IMG/VR virus record: IMGVR_UViG_2563366922_000008
Span: 1 to 37,816 of that record
Direction: 5' to 3' (one strand)
DNA: 37,816 nucleotides
Origin: a virus
Lineage: Duplodnaviria > Heunggongvirae > Uroviricota > Caudoviricetes
The notes beneath the pieces were generated by a model. It saw only the letters and a list, made by a program, of their open reading frames with translations. It ran no database searches and was not told where the DNA came from. Shown here piece after piece: positions 29,836-37,624 of this stretch. Numbering within the stretch: the first letter of the stretch is position 1; every line of letters begins with the position of its first letter. The translations under genes were made by a program, and so were the position numbers.

Positions 29836-30033
29836 AGCATTCAAAGCAGAAGGCTTTGGGATTGGATGAATGAGCAGGCTGATGCTCGACCAATGTATAA
29901 ACAGCGCTCATGGCAAGCAGTAACCAATCTGCGCCTCAAGACAGCGTCACTGGTAGTGCGGGCGCTCTAACCAGTAAGCCGGGGTTCAGCGCCGGCCATC
30001 CAATCACCAAAGCTAACTGACAGGAGAATCCAG

Positions 30034-30360
30034 ATGGATGCACAAACACGCCGCCGCGAACGTCGCGCAGAGAAACAGGCTCAATGGAAAGCAGCAAATC
30101 CCCTGTTGGTTGGGGTAAGCGCAAAACCAGTTAACCGCCCTATTCTCTCGCTGAATCGCAAACCGAAATCACGAGTAGAAAGCGCACTGAATCCGATAGA
30201 CCTTACGGTGCTGGCTGAATACCACGAACAGATTGAAAGCAACCTGCAGCGTATTGAGCGCAAGAATCAGCGCACATGGTACAGCAAGCCACGCAGTGAA
30301 ATGGGTGTGACTTGTGTTGGTCGCCAGAAAATGAAATTAGGCAGCAAACCACTTATTTGA
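30034..30360 (+). CDS. N: Antitermination protein N (lambda-type)
   Basis: 108-aa ORF MDAQTRRRERRAEKQAQWKAANPLLVGVSAKPVNRPILSLNRKPKSRVESALNPIDLTVLAEYHEQIESNLQRIERKNQRTWYSKP... with Arg-rich N-terminus; AGGAG RBS. Confidence 0.9.
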   Translation: MDAQTRRRERRAEKQAQWKAANPLLVGVSAKPVNRPILSLNRKPKSRVESALNPIDLTVLAEYHEQIESNLQRIERKNQRTWYSKPRSEMGVTCVGRQKMKLGSKPLI

Positions 30361-30368
30361 GGTGAGAT

Positions 30369-30455
30369 ATGGAAGAAGATTTTGAAGAGTTCGAAGAGCA
30401 TCCGCAGGATGTGATGGAACAATACCAGGACTATCCGTATGACTACGACTATTGA
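30369..30455 (+). CDS. Possible acidic microprotein (28 aa)
   Basis: ATG 8 nt after N stop, GAGGTGAG upstream; MEEDFEEFEEHPQDVMEQYQDYPYDYDY; overlaps ral start by 17 nt; coding status uncertain. Confidence 0.25.
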   Translation: MEEDFEEFEEHPQDVMEQYQDYPYDYDY

Positions 30456-30639
30456 TAAGAATCAATGGTGTGGACAATTCAAGCGATGCAATGGATGCAA
30501 GCTGCAATCGGAATGCATGGTTAAGCCTGAAGAAATGTTTCCTGTAATGGAAGATGGGAAATATGTCGATAAATGGGCAATACGAACGACGGCAATGATT
30601 GCCAGAGAAATTGGTAAACAGAACAACAAGGCTGCCTAA
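30439..30639 (+). CDS. ral: Restriction alleviation protein Ral
   Basis: 66-aa ORF MTTTIDKNQWCGQFKRCNGCKLQSECMVKPEEMFPVMEDGKYVDKWAIRTTAMIAREIGKQNNKAA matches lambda Ral as recalled. Confidence 0.8.
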   Translation: MTTTIDKNQWCGQFKRCNGCKLQSECMVKPEEMFPVMEDGKYVDKWAIRTTAMIAREIGKQNNKAA

Positions 30640-30679
30640 TGGTGGCCTTTATTTTTGGTATAAACAATATGGGGTAAAA

Positions 30680-31006
30680 ATGAAAGTTTTAATGGTTTAT
30701 GAAAATGTTCCAGAGTCGACTGAAATCTATATTTTTGATGCCAATGAAGATGAAGTTAACGATTTGAAATTGTCTCACGGCAATTACACAAATGCTAATT
30801 GTGATGAAAGTATCGAAAAAGCACTATCACGTGTTCTTGTCAGAATTAGTGATCCAGAACATTGTGATGATGATTGGCTTTCTTATTGTGGAGCGGTAAA
30901 AACTGATGCAGGAAAATGGAGTAAAAGTAAAGTTGATAACTCAACTCCAATCATTATGAAAGATAGCGATATTGAAATGGTAATAATAACCGGAATGATT
31001 ATGTAG
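30680..31006 (+). CDS. Hypothetical acidic Cys-containing protein (108 aa), AT-rich gene in the sieB slot
   Basis: ATG at 30680 with GGGG upstream; MKVLMVYENVPESTEIYIFDANEDEVNDLKLSHGNYTNANCDESIEKALSRVLVRISDPEHCDDDWLSYCGAVKTD...; G+C visibly lower than flanking genes. Confidence 0.55.
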   Translation: MKVLMVYENVPESTEIYIFDANEDEVNDLKLSHGNYTNANCDESIEKALSRVLVRISDPEHCDDDWLSYCGAVKTDAGKWSKSKVDNSTPIIMKDSDIEMVIITGMIM

Positions 31007-31022
31007 GCTGCGAATAAGCACT

Positions 31023-31050
31023 GTGTATTCATTCCAACGAGTGAATACAC
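31023..31050. repeat. Perfect 9-bp inverted repeat GTGTATTCA-N10-TGAATACAC
   Basis: Seen directly in the intergenic region after the AT-rich gene; could be an RNA hairpin or a dimeric protein binding site. Confidence 0.5.
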
Positions 31051-31112
31051 GGAGCAATGTCGCTCGTAACTAAACAGGAGCCGACTTGTTCTGATTATTG
31101 GAAATCTTCTTT

Positions 31113-31139
31113 GCCCTCCAGTGTGAGGGCATTTTTTTG
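31113..31139 (+). terminator. Rho-independent terminator (gccctc-cagtgtg-agggc + T7)
   Basis: GC-rich stem followed by attttttt on the plus strand, before the next RBS. Confidence 0.6.
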
Positions 31140-31150
31140 ACGGAGGAAAT

Positions 31151-31462
31151 ATGAAATTACGTGTCTGGCATATCCCGCAAGTACCTATGAAGCCGTTCAT
31201 TGTAGAAGTGGCAAGTGTTGAAGAGGGTGTTCGCCTGATGGACGCACTGGCTGATTATGACGCCTTTCAGTATGACAACAACATCAAGCCTGATTACTGC
31301 AATGCTAACGGCCTTGAGATGTGGGATGAGAGCCTTACCGATGAAGATTTATCAGAGATGGAGCTTACGGATCGCTGGGTAGATTGGTACAGCGAATGCC
31401 AATGTTACGACGACCCACGTAAATATATCGAAAGCCTGAAAGAAGAAACCTCAGCATCCTGA
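31151..31462 (+). CDS. Hypothetical highly acidic protein (103 aa)
   Basis: GGAGG RBS; MKLRVWHIPQVPMKPFIVEVASVEEGVRLMDALADYDAFQYDNNIKPDYCNANGLEMWDESLTDEDLSEMELTDRWVDWYSECQCYDDPRKYIESLKEETSAS; many D/E, few K/R. Confidence 0.55.
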   Translation: MKLRVWHIPQVPMKPFIVEVASVEEGVRLMDALADYDAFQYDNNIKPDYCNANGLEMWDESLTDEDLSEMELTDRWVDWYSECQCYDDPRKYIESLKEETSAS

Positions 31463-31497
31463 GCGCGGATTTGACGCATACAAATTAAGGAGGATAT

Positions 31498-32466
31498 ATG
31501 AGTGAAGTAACAGATTTAGTTGTTATTGAAAAAGCAAATGCAATGACTGTATTTCAGTCTGCCGACCAGATTGAAGAAATCCTTCAAAAGGTTGAACGTG
31601 AAGTTATGTCCTTTGTGCCTGATATCACAACGGCAAAGGGCAGAAAGGAGATCGCTTCTCTGGCGTATAAAGTTGCGCAGACGAAAACATATCTCGATGG
31701 TCTTGGCAAAGACCTTGTTGCTGAACTGAAGGAAATTCCAAAGCTAATTGATGCCAACCGCAAGACAGTGCGCGATCGCCTTGATGAACTGAAAGCCAAG
31801 GCACGCCAGCCTCTTACTGATTATGAAGAGGAACAGGCGCGGATTAAAGCCGAAGAAGAAGCTAAGGCAGCAGCTGAAGCTCTCGCAAGGCAAATTGAGT
31901 CTGACCATGAAATAGCGATTTTGATGGATCGCGAATTTGACCGCCAAAGAGAAGAGGAAAGACTCAAAGCGGAGCAGGAAAAGCGAGAGCATGAAGAACG
32001 CTTAAAAAGAGAAGCTGAAGAGAAAGCCAGAGCAGAAGCCGAAGCAAAGGCAAAAGCCGAAATTGAAGCAGCAGCAAGACGAGAAGCAGAGGCTAAGGCC
32101 GCAGCGGAACGTGCAGAGCGTGAACGCATTGAAGCCGAGCAACGAGCACAGCGCGAAGCAAAAGAGGCAGCAGAACGAGCTGAAAGAGAAAAGCAGGCGG
32201 CAATTGAAGCAGAACGCCGAAAAGCACAGGAGGAGGCTGAACGAATCCGGCGCGAGGCTGAAGCAAAAGAGCAAGCCAGAATAGCAGAAGAAAAAAGAAT
32301 CAAGGACGAAGAAGAGCGTAGAGCAAAGGATAAAGCTCACCGGAAAGAAGTAAATAACAAAATACTTGCTGACCTTATCAAGGTTGGCGCATCAGAAGAT
32401 GTTGCTAAAAATATCATAATAGCCATCGCAAAAGGCGAAGTATTCGCAACAAAAATAACCTACTAA
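31498..32466 (+). CDS. Hypothetical protein with long E/K/R/A-rich helical (single-alpha-helix or coiled-coil-like) region
   Basis: 322-aa ORF, AAGGAGG RBS; globular N-terminus, then about 180 aa of AEEEAKAAAEALARQ...EERLKAEQEKREHEERLKREAEEKARAEAEAKAKAEIEAAARREAEAKAAAERAERERIEAEQRAQREAKEAAERAEREKQ... Confidence 0.65.
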   Translation: MSEVTDLVVIEKANAMTVFQSADQIEEILQKVEREVMSFVPDITTAKGRKEIASLAYKVAQTKTYLDGLGKDLVAELKEIPKLIDANRKTVRDRLDELKAKARQPLTDYEEEQARIKAEEEAKAAAEALARQIESDHEIAILMDREFDRQREEERLKAEQEKREHEERLKREAEEKARAEAEAKAKAEIEAAARREAEAKAAAERAERERIEAEQRAQREAKEAAERAEREKQAAIEAERRKAQEEAERIRREAEAKEQARIAEEKRIKDEEERRAKDKAHRKEVNNKILADLIKVGASEDVAKNIIIAIAKGEVFATKITY

Positions 32467-32490
32467 TAAAACCAACATAAGGAACCACCC

Positions 32491-32637
32491 ATGATTTACG
32501 CAATCGCGGGAGGCGCTCGCATGGGTGCCTTCCAACTAAATGAATCTTTACTTGAACGAATCACCCGTAAATTACGTGACGGATGGAAACGCCTTATCGA
32601 CATACTTAATCAGCCAGGAGTCCCCAAAAATGGATAA
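32491..32637 (+). CDS. cIII: cIII (FtsH/HflB inhibitor, stabiliser of cII)
   Basis: Hand-translated 48 aa: MIYAIAGGARMGAFQLNESLLERITRKLRDGWKRLIDILNQPGVPKNG, matches lambda cIII core; AAGGA RBS; absent from ORF table (<60 aa). Confidence 0.8.
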   Translation: MIYAIAGGARMGAFQLNESLLERITRKLRDGWKRLIDILNQPGVPKNG

Positions 32638-32743
32638 AACACTTATGGCTATCCAGACTAAATTCACTATCGCCGCTTTTATTGGCGATGAAAAGATGTT
32701 TCGTGAGGCCGTCGAAGCCTACAGAAAATGGAGGTCAAAATGA
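32630..32743 (+). CDS. kil: Kil-like host-killing (cell division inhibitor) protein
   Basis: Hand-translated 37 aa: MDKTLMAIQTKFTIAAFIGDEKMFREAVEAYRKWRSK; resembles lambda Kil N-terminus as recalled; start overlaps cIII end. Confidence 0.55.
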   Translation: MDKTLMAIQTKFTIAAFIGDEKMFREAVEAYRKWRSK

Positions 32744-32928
32744 TTCCGGTAGAGCTGGCGAAAACTCCAGAGTTAAGTCGATTAAAAAGAGAATATCACA
32801 TTGCTGAGGCTCGTTACTGGCGTAAAGCGGGAGATAAATCAAAGAAACAACTTTGTTTATGGCAAGCACAAAGAGAGCGCATGAATGAGCGCGAATTTCT
32901 TTCCTCCCCATCCGAATTACCATTCTGA
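32740..32928 (+). CDS. Hypothetical 62-aa protein
   Basis: ATG at 32740 overlapping kil stop (ATGA), GGAGG 5 nt upstream; MIPVELAKTPELSRLKREYHIAEARYWRKAGDKSKKQLCLWQAQRERMNEREFLSSPSELPF. Confidence 0.45.
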   Translation: MIPVELAKTPELSRLKREYHIAEARYWRKAGDKSKKQLCLWQAQRERMNEREFLSSPSELPF

Positions 32929-32936
32929 GGTGAATT

Positions 32937-33644
32937 ATGGATTTGAACAAATTCGATGAGCCATTCAGCCCTGAAGATATCGAATGGCGAATACAGCAAA
33001 GCGGTAAAACACGCGATGGCAAGGTGTGGGCTATGGTGCTGGCTTATGTCACGAACCGGGCAATCATGAAACGCCTGGACGATGTTTGCGGCAAATCAGG
33101 ATGGCGCAATGAATACCGCGATATTCCCAACAACGGCGGAGTTGAATGCGGCATATCAATCAAGATTGATTCCGAATGGGTAACCAAATGGGATGCCGCT
33201 GAAAACACGCAGGTAGAAGCCGTCAAAGGTGGTCGTTCCGGTGCAATGAAGCGCGCTGCCGTTCAATGGGGAATCGGTCGGTATCTGTATAACCTTGAGG
33301 AAGGTTTCGCACAAACATCTCTCGATAAAAAGCAGGGGTGGCACAGGGCAAAACTGAAGGATGGAACAGGGTTTTACTGGCTCCCTCCAACGCTGCCCGG
33401 CTGGGCAATCCCAGCATCAGATAACAAACCATCACCAGAAAATACCAACCAGAAATCTCCATCGGTTGACTGCGAACAAATCCTGAAAGACTTCAGCGAT
33501 TATGCATCGAAAGAAACTGATAAGAAAAAACTCATCGAGCGTTATCAGCGTGACTGGCAATTAATGGCTGGCAATGAGGAGGCGCAGGCTAAATGCGTTC
33601 AGGTAATGAACATCAGAGTTAACGAACTAAAACAGGCGGCATAA
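32937..33644 (+). CDS. Single-strand annealing protein, Rad52/Sak-like
   Basis: 235-aa ORF; ...GKVWAMVLAYVTNRAIMKRLDDVCGKSGWRNEY...GGRSGAMKRAAVQWGIGRYLYNLEEGF typical of Rad52-family phage SSAPs; sits with SSB in the recombination module. Confidence 0.7.
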   Translation: MDLNKFDEPFSPEDIEWRIQQSGKTRDGKVWAMVLAYVTNRAIMKRLDDVCGKSGWRNEYRDIPNNGGVECGISIKIDSEWVTKWDAAENTQVEAVKGGRSGAMKRAAVQWGIGRYLYNLEEGFAQTSLDKKQGWHRAKLKDGTGFYWLPPTLPGWAIPASDNKPSPENTNQKSPSVDCEQILKDFSDYASKETDKKKLIERYQRDWQLMAGNEEAQAKCVQVMNIRVNELKQAA

Positions 33645-34118
33645 ATGGCAAGCAGAGGCGTAAATAAGGTGATCATTATTGGTCGCCTTGGGCATGATCC
33701 AGAAATCAGATATTCACCATCAGGAACGGCATTTGCAAACCTTACAGTTGCTACGTCAGAACAATGGCGTGATAAGCAAACTGGAGAGCAAAAGGAGCAG
33801 ACGGAGTGGCACCGCGTGGTAATGAGCGGGAAACTGGCAGAAATTGCCAGCGAATATCTGCGAAAAGGCTCTGAGGTTTATCTTGAAGGAAAATTGCGGA
33901 CAAGAAAATGGCAGGATCAAAGCGGACAGGATAGGTTCACTACCGAAGTCATCGTGGGCGTTGGTGGAACCATGCAAATGCTTGGTGGCAAGCAAGGAGG
34001 CAATGAACAGTCTTCACCTCAGCGAAATAATGGTCATCAACAAAGACAGCAACCTCAGCAGCATGGAAATCACAGCGAACCACCTATGAACTTCGACGAT
34101 TCGGATATTCCGTTCTAG
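33645..34118 (+). CDS. ssb: Single-stranded DNA-binding protein
   Basis: 157-aa [62 protein letters not shown]..., Gly/Gln-rich linker and acidic tail ending DDSDIPF. Confidence 0.9.
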   Translation: MASRGVNKVIIIGRLGHDPEIRYSPSGTAFANLTVATSEQWRDKQTGEQKEQTEWHRVVMSGKLAEIASEYLRKGSEVYLEGKLRTRKWQDQSGQDRFTTEVIVGVGGTMQMLGGKQGGNEQSSPQRNNGHQQRQQPQQHGNHSEPPMNFDDSDIPF

Positions 34119-34127
34119 GAGCTGAAT

Positions 34128-34607
34128 ATGAAAATCTGCTCAAGATGCCATCAACAGAAGGAAGAAAGGGACTTTCAAATCAGAAGAGCATCCAGAGATG
34201 GATTAACTGCCGCTTGCCGGGCTTGCCTGGCTGAATATGACAAAGAGCGCGCGGGATTGCCACATCGAGTATCAGCAAGGAGAGAATATCAATCATCGGA
34301 ACGCGGCAGAGAACGGTGTAACGCAGCCAAAAAGCGGTTCATTCAGAGCAACCCATGGAAAAGAAAAGCCCACATCATCGTGGGTAATTTTTTGCGCGAC
34401 GGTAAGCTAATCCGACCACCACAATGTGAGTGCTGCGGATCAGAATGTAAACCACAGGCGCACCACTGCGACTACAGCAAACCAACCGATGTGATGTGGC
34501 TCTGCAAGTCATGTCATGTCGAGTGGCACAAACATAACAAACCTATCTACCCAGACGAGGAGCCAGTAACTCTCCCCTTCCCTCGTCACGCTATTCACGC
34601 AATTTAA
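34128..34607 (+). CDS. HNH endonuclease-domain zinc-finger protein
   Basis: 159-aa ORF; N-terminal CSRC...CRAC and C-terminal CECCGSECKPQAHHCDYSKPTDVMWLCKSCHVEWHK (HNH pattern). Confidence 0.65.
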   Translation: MKICSRCHQQKEERDFQIRRASRDGLTAACRACLAEYDKERAGLPHRVSARREYQSSERGRERCNAAKKRFIQSNPWKRKAHIIVGNFLRDGKLIRPPQCECCGSECKPQAHHCDYSKPTDVMWLCKSCHVEWHKHNKPIYPDEEPVTLPFPRHAIHAI

Positions 34608-34620
34608 TCAGGAGAAAATC

Positions 34621-34914
34621 ATGCCAGCGCCTCTGTATGGTGCGGATGACCCGCGCCGCTGTTCCGGCAATTCCGTATCGGAGGTGCTGGATAAATTCAG
34701 AAAAAACTACGATCGGATAATGTCGCTACCGCAGGAAACGAAAGAGGAAAAGGAATTTCGCCACTGTATATGGCTTGCAGCGAAAGAAGAACGCGAGCGA
34801 ATTTACCAGACATCAATCCGACCATTCCGCAAAGCCACATATACCCACTTCCCTGAAATTGACCCGCGCCTGCGTAATTACCGCTCACGCTATGGCGCTA
34901 TCAGTAATGACTGA
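34621..34914 (+). CDS. Hypothetical 97-aa protein
   Basis: AGGAG RBS; [63 protein letters not shown]... Confidence 0.5.
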   Translation: MPAPLYGADDPRRCSGNSVSEVLDKFRKNYDRIMSLPQETKEEKEFRHCIWLAAKEERERIYQTSIRPFRKATYTHFPEIDPRLRNYRSRYGAISND

Positions 34915-34924
34915 GGAATTTACC

Positions 34925-35092
34925 ATGAGAGGACTTGCATACAATCCCGGCATTCTTCCGGCAGAAATGATTATTCGCCAACGCGTAAAGCCAATGCCAT
35001 CGAGAGAGGAATTGCTTAAAAGAAATTCTTTTCCGTCAGTGAATCAAAACAAATATCTGAATGCGATGTGGCGTAAAGGAGGCAAGCAGTGA
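34925..35092 (+). CDS. Hypothetical 55-aa protein
   Basis: ATG at 34925 with GAGGA 8 nt upstream; [55 protein letters not shown]. Confidence 0.35.
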   Translation: MRGLAYNPGILPAEMIIRQRVKPMPSREELLKRNSFPSVNQNKYLNAMWRKGGKQ

Positions 35093-35388
35093 GTGTATGT
35101 CTTATTGATAAACGTCGACGTGGGCAACAAATACCATCTGTTGAAATGCCGAATCACACATGGTTTTGCGTACTTGATATCGATGGTATGGATACGTTGG
35201 TTGACACTCGTCATTACTGCGATACCGCAACAGCTACTCCGGCGAAAGCAAAGAAAATTGCTGCTCTGATAGAAAACTGGACTCCACCTGATGGTTGGTG
35301 CAATGGGAATGATCGAGATTGGCATGAAAAAATGAAGGGCTATATCTGCGATTTCTTACGTAAATGCAACGGATTCAGGGTGATGTGA
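35089..35388 (+). CDS. Hypothetical 99-aa Cys-rich protein
   Basis: Apparent GTG start with AAGGAGG 5 nt upstream, overlapping previous stop; ...[70 protein letters not shown]. Confidence 0.45.
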   Translation: MSVCLIDKRRRGQQIPSVEMPNHTWFCVLDIDGMDTLVDTRHYCDTATATPAKAKKIAALIENWTPPDGWCNGNDRDWHEKMKGYICDFLRKCNGFRVM

Positions 35389-35389
35389 C

Positions 35390-35968
35390 ATGAACAAGAT
35401 TGACTATCAGGCACTGCGTGAAGCGGCGGAACGTGCAATTCCAGCAATGGAACGCCTGTTAATGTTGCCAGCTGATGATGATTTGTTAAGTGAACAGGAA
35501 CTTAAAGATTACGGTGTGGATATTGATGCGCTCAACGCCTTCAAATTTCTGGCCGGACCAGAAACCGTGCTGGCACTACTGGATGAACGGGAAAGAAACC
35601 AGCAATACATCAAACGCCGCGACCAGGAGAACGAGGAAATTGCGCTAACGGTAGGGAAGCTGCGTGTTGAGCTGGAAGCCGCAGAGAAGCGCATTGCAGA
35701 ACTGGAAACACGGGAAATAAAACCAGCCAAAGGTGAAGTTCTTGTCGTTGTTTCTGGTTTTACTGGTTGCGGAAAAAGCGCCATTGCCGGGGAAATAGAA
35801 ATTGCGATGAAGGCTATTGGTGTACCGGTTCAGAGAACTAATGGCGATGCGGAAAAGCGCATGACAGGAGCTGACTGGCTGACAGCGATTGAGATGTACA
35901 AACCAACAGTGCGCATCGTGGAAGTTAATGTGCCACGCGCCGCTGGCATCAAGGAGGAGTCTGAGTGA
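35390..35968 (+). CDS. Ead/Ea22-like protein
   Basis: 192-aa ORF MNKIDYQALREAAERAIPAMERLLM...KLRVELEAAEKRIAELETRE..., N-terminus and coiled-coil typical of lambdoid Ea22-like proteins as recalled. Confidence 0.6.
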   Translation: MNKIDYQALREAAERAIPAMERLLMLPADDDLLSEQELKDYGVDIDALNAFKFLAGPETVLALLDERERNQQYIKRRDQENEEIALTVGKLRVELEAAEKRIAELETREIKPAKGEVLVVVSGFTGCGKSAIAGEIEIAMKAIGVPVQRTNGDAEKRMTGADWLTAIEMYKPTVRIVEVNVPRAAGIKEESE

Positions 35969-36459
35969 TGGTCATTTCACCTATAACGCTGAAAGCGGCG
36001 CAGGAATTTATCGCACAGCACCACCGACACAATAAACCACCAGTGGGGCATAAATTCAGCATTGGTCTGAGAAATAATGCCGGAGAATTGATAGGTGTGG
36101 CGACAGCTGGTCGACCTGTTGCACGACATTTCGACGATGGATTAACGCTTGAAGTAAATCGCACATGTACCACAGGAGAACGCAACGCTAACAGCGCGCT
36201 TTATGGTGCTATCTGGCGGGCAGCAAAAGCTATGGGTTATCAACGTTGTATTACGTACACCCAGGCAGATGAATCAGGAGCATCTCTTCGCGCAGTTGGT
36301 TTTGTTCGTGTGAAAGAGCTTCCTCCAAGAAAAAGCTGGGCGGAATCAAGCGTCGCCTTGCGGAGTAAACGCGATCCGGTCGGAAACGGTGGTATTCCTC
36401 GTGTGCTCTGGGAAATCAGGAGAATGAGTACCACTGGCATTCGCATCAAAGGAGAGTGA
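35968..36459 (+). CDS. Hypothetical 163-aa protein
   Basis: ATG at 35968 overlapping previous stop (TGATG), AGGAGG upstream; MVISPITLKAAQEFIAQHHRHNKPPVGHKFSIGLRNNAGELIGVATAGRPVARHFDDGLTLEVNRTCTTG...; possible acyltransferase-like fold is only a guess. Confidence 0.5.
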   Translation: MVISPITLKAAQEFIAQHHRHNKPPVGHKFSIGLRNNAGELIGVATAGRPVARHFDDGLTLEVNRTCTTGERNANSALYGAIWRAAKAMGYQRCITYTQADESGASLRAVGFVRVKELPPRKSWAESSVALRSKRDPVGNGGIPRVLWEIRRMSTTGIRIKGE

Positions 36460-36460
36460 T

Positions 36461-36826
36461 ATGAGCACTATCACTAAAGAACGTATCGAATTATTCATTA
36501 AAAATCCGCTTGATAACGGACTTACCCGTGGCGAACAAATGGAAGTGGCACGAATTGCTCTGGCATCGCTGGAAGTCGAGCCTGTAAGCCAGACTTACAA
36601 GTTGAACGAGCTGTCGGGCAACTCTCCGGTAACTCCGGATGGTTGGATAAGCTGTAGTGAGCGAATGCCAAGCGAAGAAGATGTTTTGGTTTATTGCTCA
36701 GACACAAAAGAGCAGATGGTAGGGTTTCACAAAGGTAAAGGGTTATTTCAATTCTTTTACATGAATGGTGTTGAGGGGGTATGTGAGCCGTCACACTGGA
36801 TGCCGCTACCAGAGCCTCCACTTTGA
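36461..36826 (+). CDS. Hypothetical phage protein (DUF551-like C-terminus ...HWMPLPEPP)
   Basis: 121-aa ORF, GGAGAG RBS; C-terminal ...CEPSHWMPLPEPPL resembles DUF551 phage proteins as recalled. Confidence 0.5.
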   Translation: MSTITKERIELFIKNPLDNGLTRGEQMEVARIALASLEVEPVSQTYKLNELSGNSPVTPDGWISCSERMPSEEDVLVYCSDTKEQMVGFHKGKGLFQFFYMNGVEGVCEPSHWMPLPEPPL

Positions 36827-36922
36827 AAGCGAAGCTTATACATATCTTTTACATCAGCAATCTATTGTTAATCTCCAATCAATGTTACGTTGTCATCTCA
36901 CTCATGCTTTGGAGGTAGTGAT

Positions 36923-37102
36923 ATGTCTTGTCCAAAATGCGGTTCTGGAAATATTGCAAAAGAAAAAACAATGCGTGGATGGTCTGGTGATTATGTGTGC
37001 TGCGATTGCGGATACAACGACTCTAAAGACGCATTTGGAGAGCGTGGTAAAAACGAGTTTGTCAAAATTAATAAAGAACGCGAAGGCAACGAAAAAAGCT
37101 AA
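36923..37102 (+). CDS. Small zinc-ribbon protein (59 aa)
   Basis: ATG at 36923 with GGAGG 8 nt upstream; MSCPKCGSGNIAKEKTMRGWSGDYVCCDCGYNDSKDAFG... (CxxC...CxxC). Confidence 0.45.
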   Translation: MSCPKCGSGNIAKEKTMRGWSGDYVCCDCGYNDSKDAFGERGKNEFVKINKEREGNEKS

Positions 37103-37165
37103 TTTATTTATTCATATATGAAAACAATGTAACCAATATTCGATTTGAAGAACTGAAAGAACACC

Positions 37166-37189
37166 AAGCCGCCTGATGGCGGTTTTTTA
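37166..37189 (+). terminator. Terminator-like hairpin (agccgcc-tgat-ggcggtt + T6)
   Basis: Short GC stem followed by tttttt, immediately before the next RBS. Confidence 0.4.
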
Positions 37190-37202
37190 TTGGAGACAAG
37201 AA

Positions 37203-37547
37203 ATGTCAGATTTGGCTATGAAGGTTTTGAAATGGCAATCGACTGGCGATGTCGGCATCAGTAGCGCAACTCTTGCCTCAATCGCATGTGGACTGAAAAA
37301 GAATATCTATGGTCATCACTTCGGCGCTCCACATGACGCAGCCGATTTCCGACGATGCGTTGCGCTTGTCGAGCAGATTCCAGAAATCAGAGATTCATTC
37401 GACAAGGTTGCAAATCGCGTTCCTGCATTCAAAGGCATCCTCAACGAATGGGATTCTCTCGTTGCTCTGTTGAAGTCTGAAATGAAGATACACGGAAACA
37501 AAGCACCAGAGACTTACAGAAGAATCAGCGAGCTACGCAAGGACTAA
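37203..37547 (+). CDS. Hypothetical 114-aa protein
   Basis: ATG at 37203 with GGAGA 5 nt upstream; MSDLAMKVLKWQSTGDVGISSATLASIACGLKKNIYGHHFGAPHDAADFRRCVALVEQIPEIRD... Confidence 0.5.
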   Translation: MSDLAMKVLKWQSTGDVGISSATLASIACGLKKNIYGHHFGAPHDAADFRRCVALVEQIPEIRDSFDKVANRVPAFKGILNEWDSLVALLKSEMKIHGNKAPETYRRISELRKD

Positions 37548-37624
37548 CGCCTCACACTCGATGAGGCCTGTACATATCTGATAGAGCCGCTATATGGCGG
37601 TTTCTTTTTGCCTGGAGAATTAAG

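Noticed and set aside
30883-31200. 105-aa minus-strand ORF spanning the AT-rich gene end and terminator
   Set aside because: Antisense to the plus-strand gene and crosses the inverted repeat and terminator; hydrophobic low-complexity translation typical of AT-rich antisense frames.
31821-32340. Two long minus-strand ORFs (160 aa and 112 aa) rich in Ser/Ala/Cys/Phe
   Set aside because: Antisense to the E/K/R/A-rich coding repeat; low-complexity mirror ORFs with no RBS, typical artefact of repetitive GAA/GCA-rich sequence.
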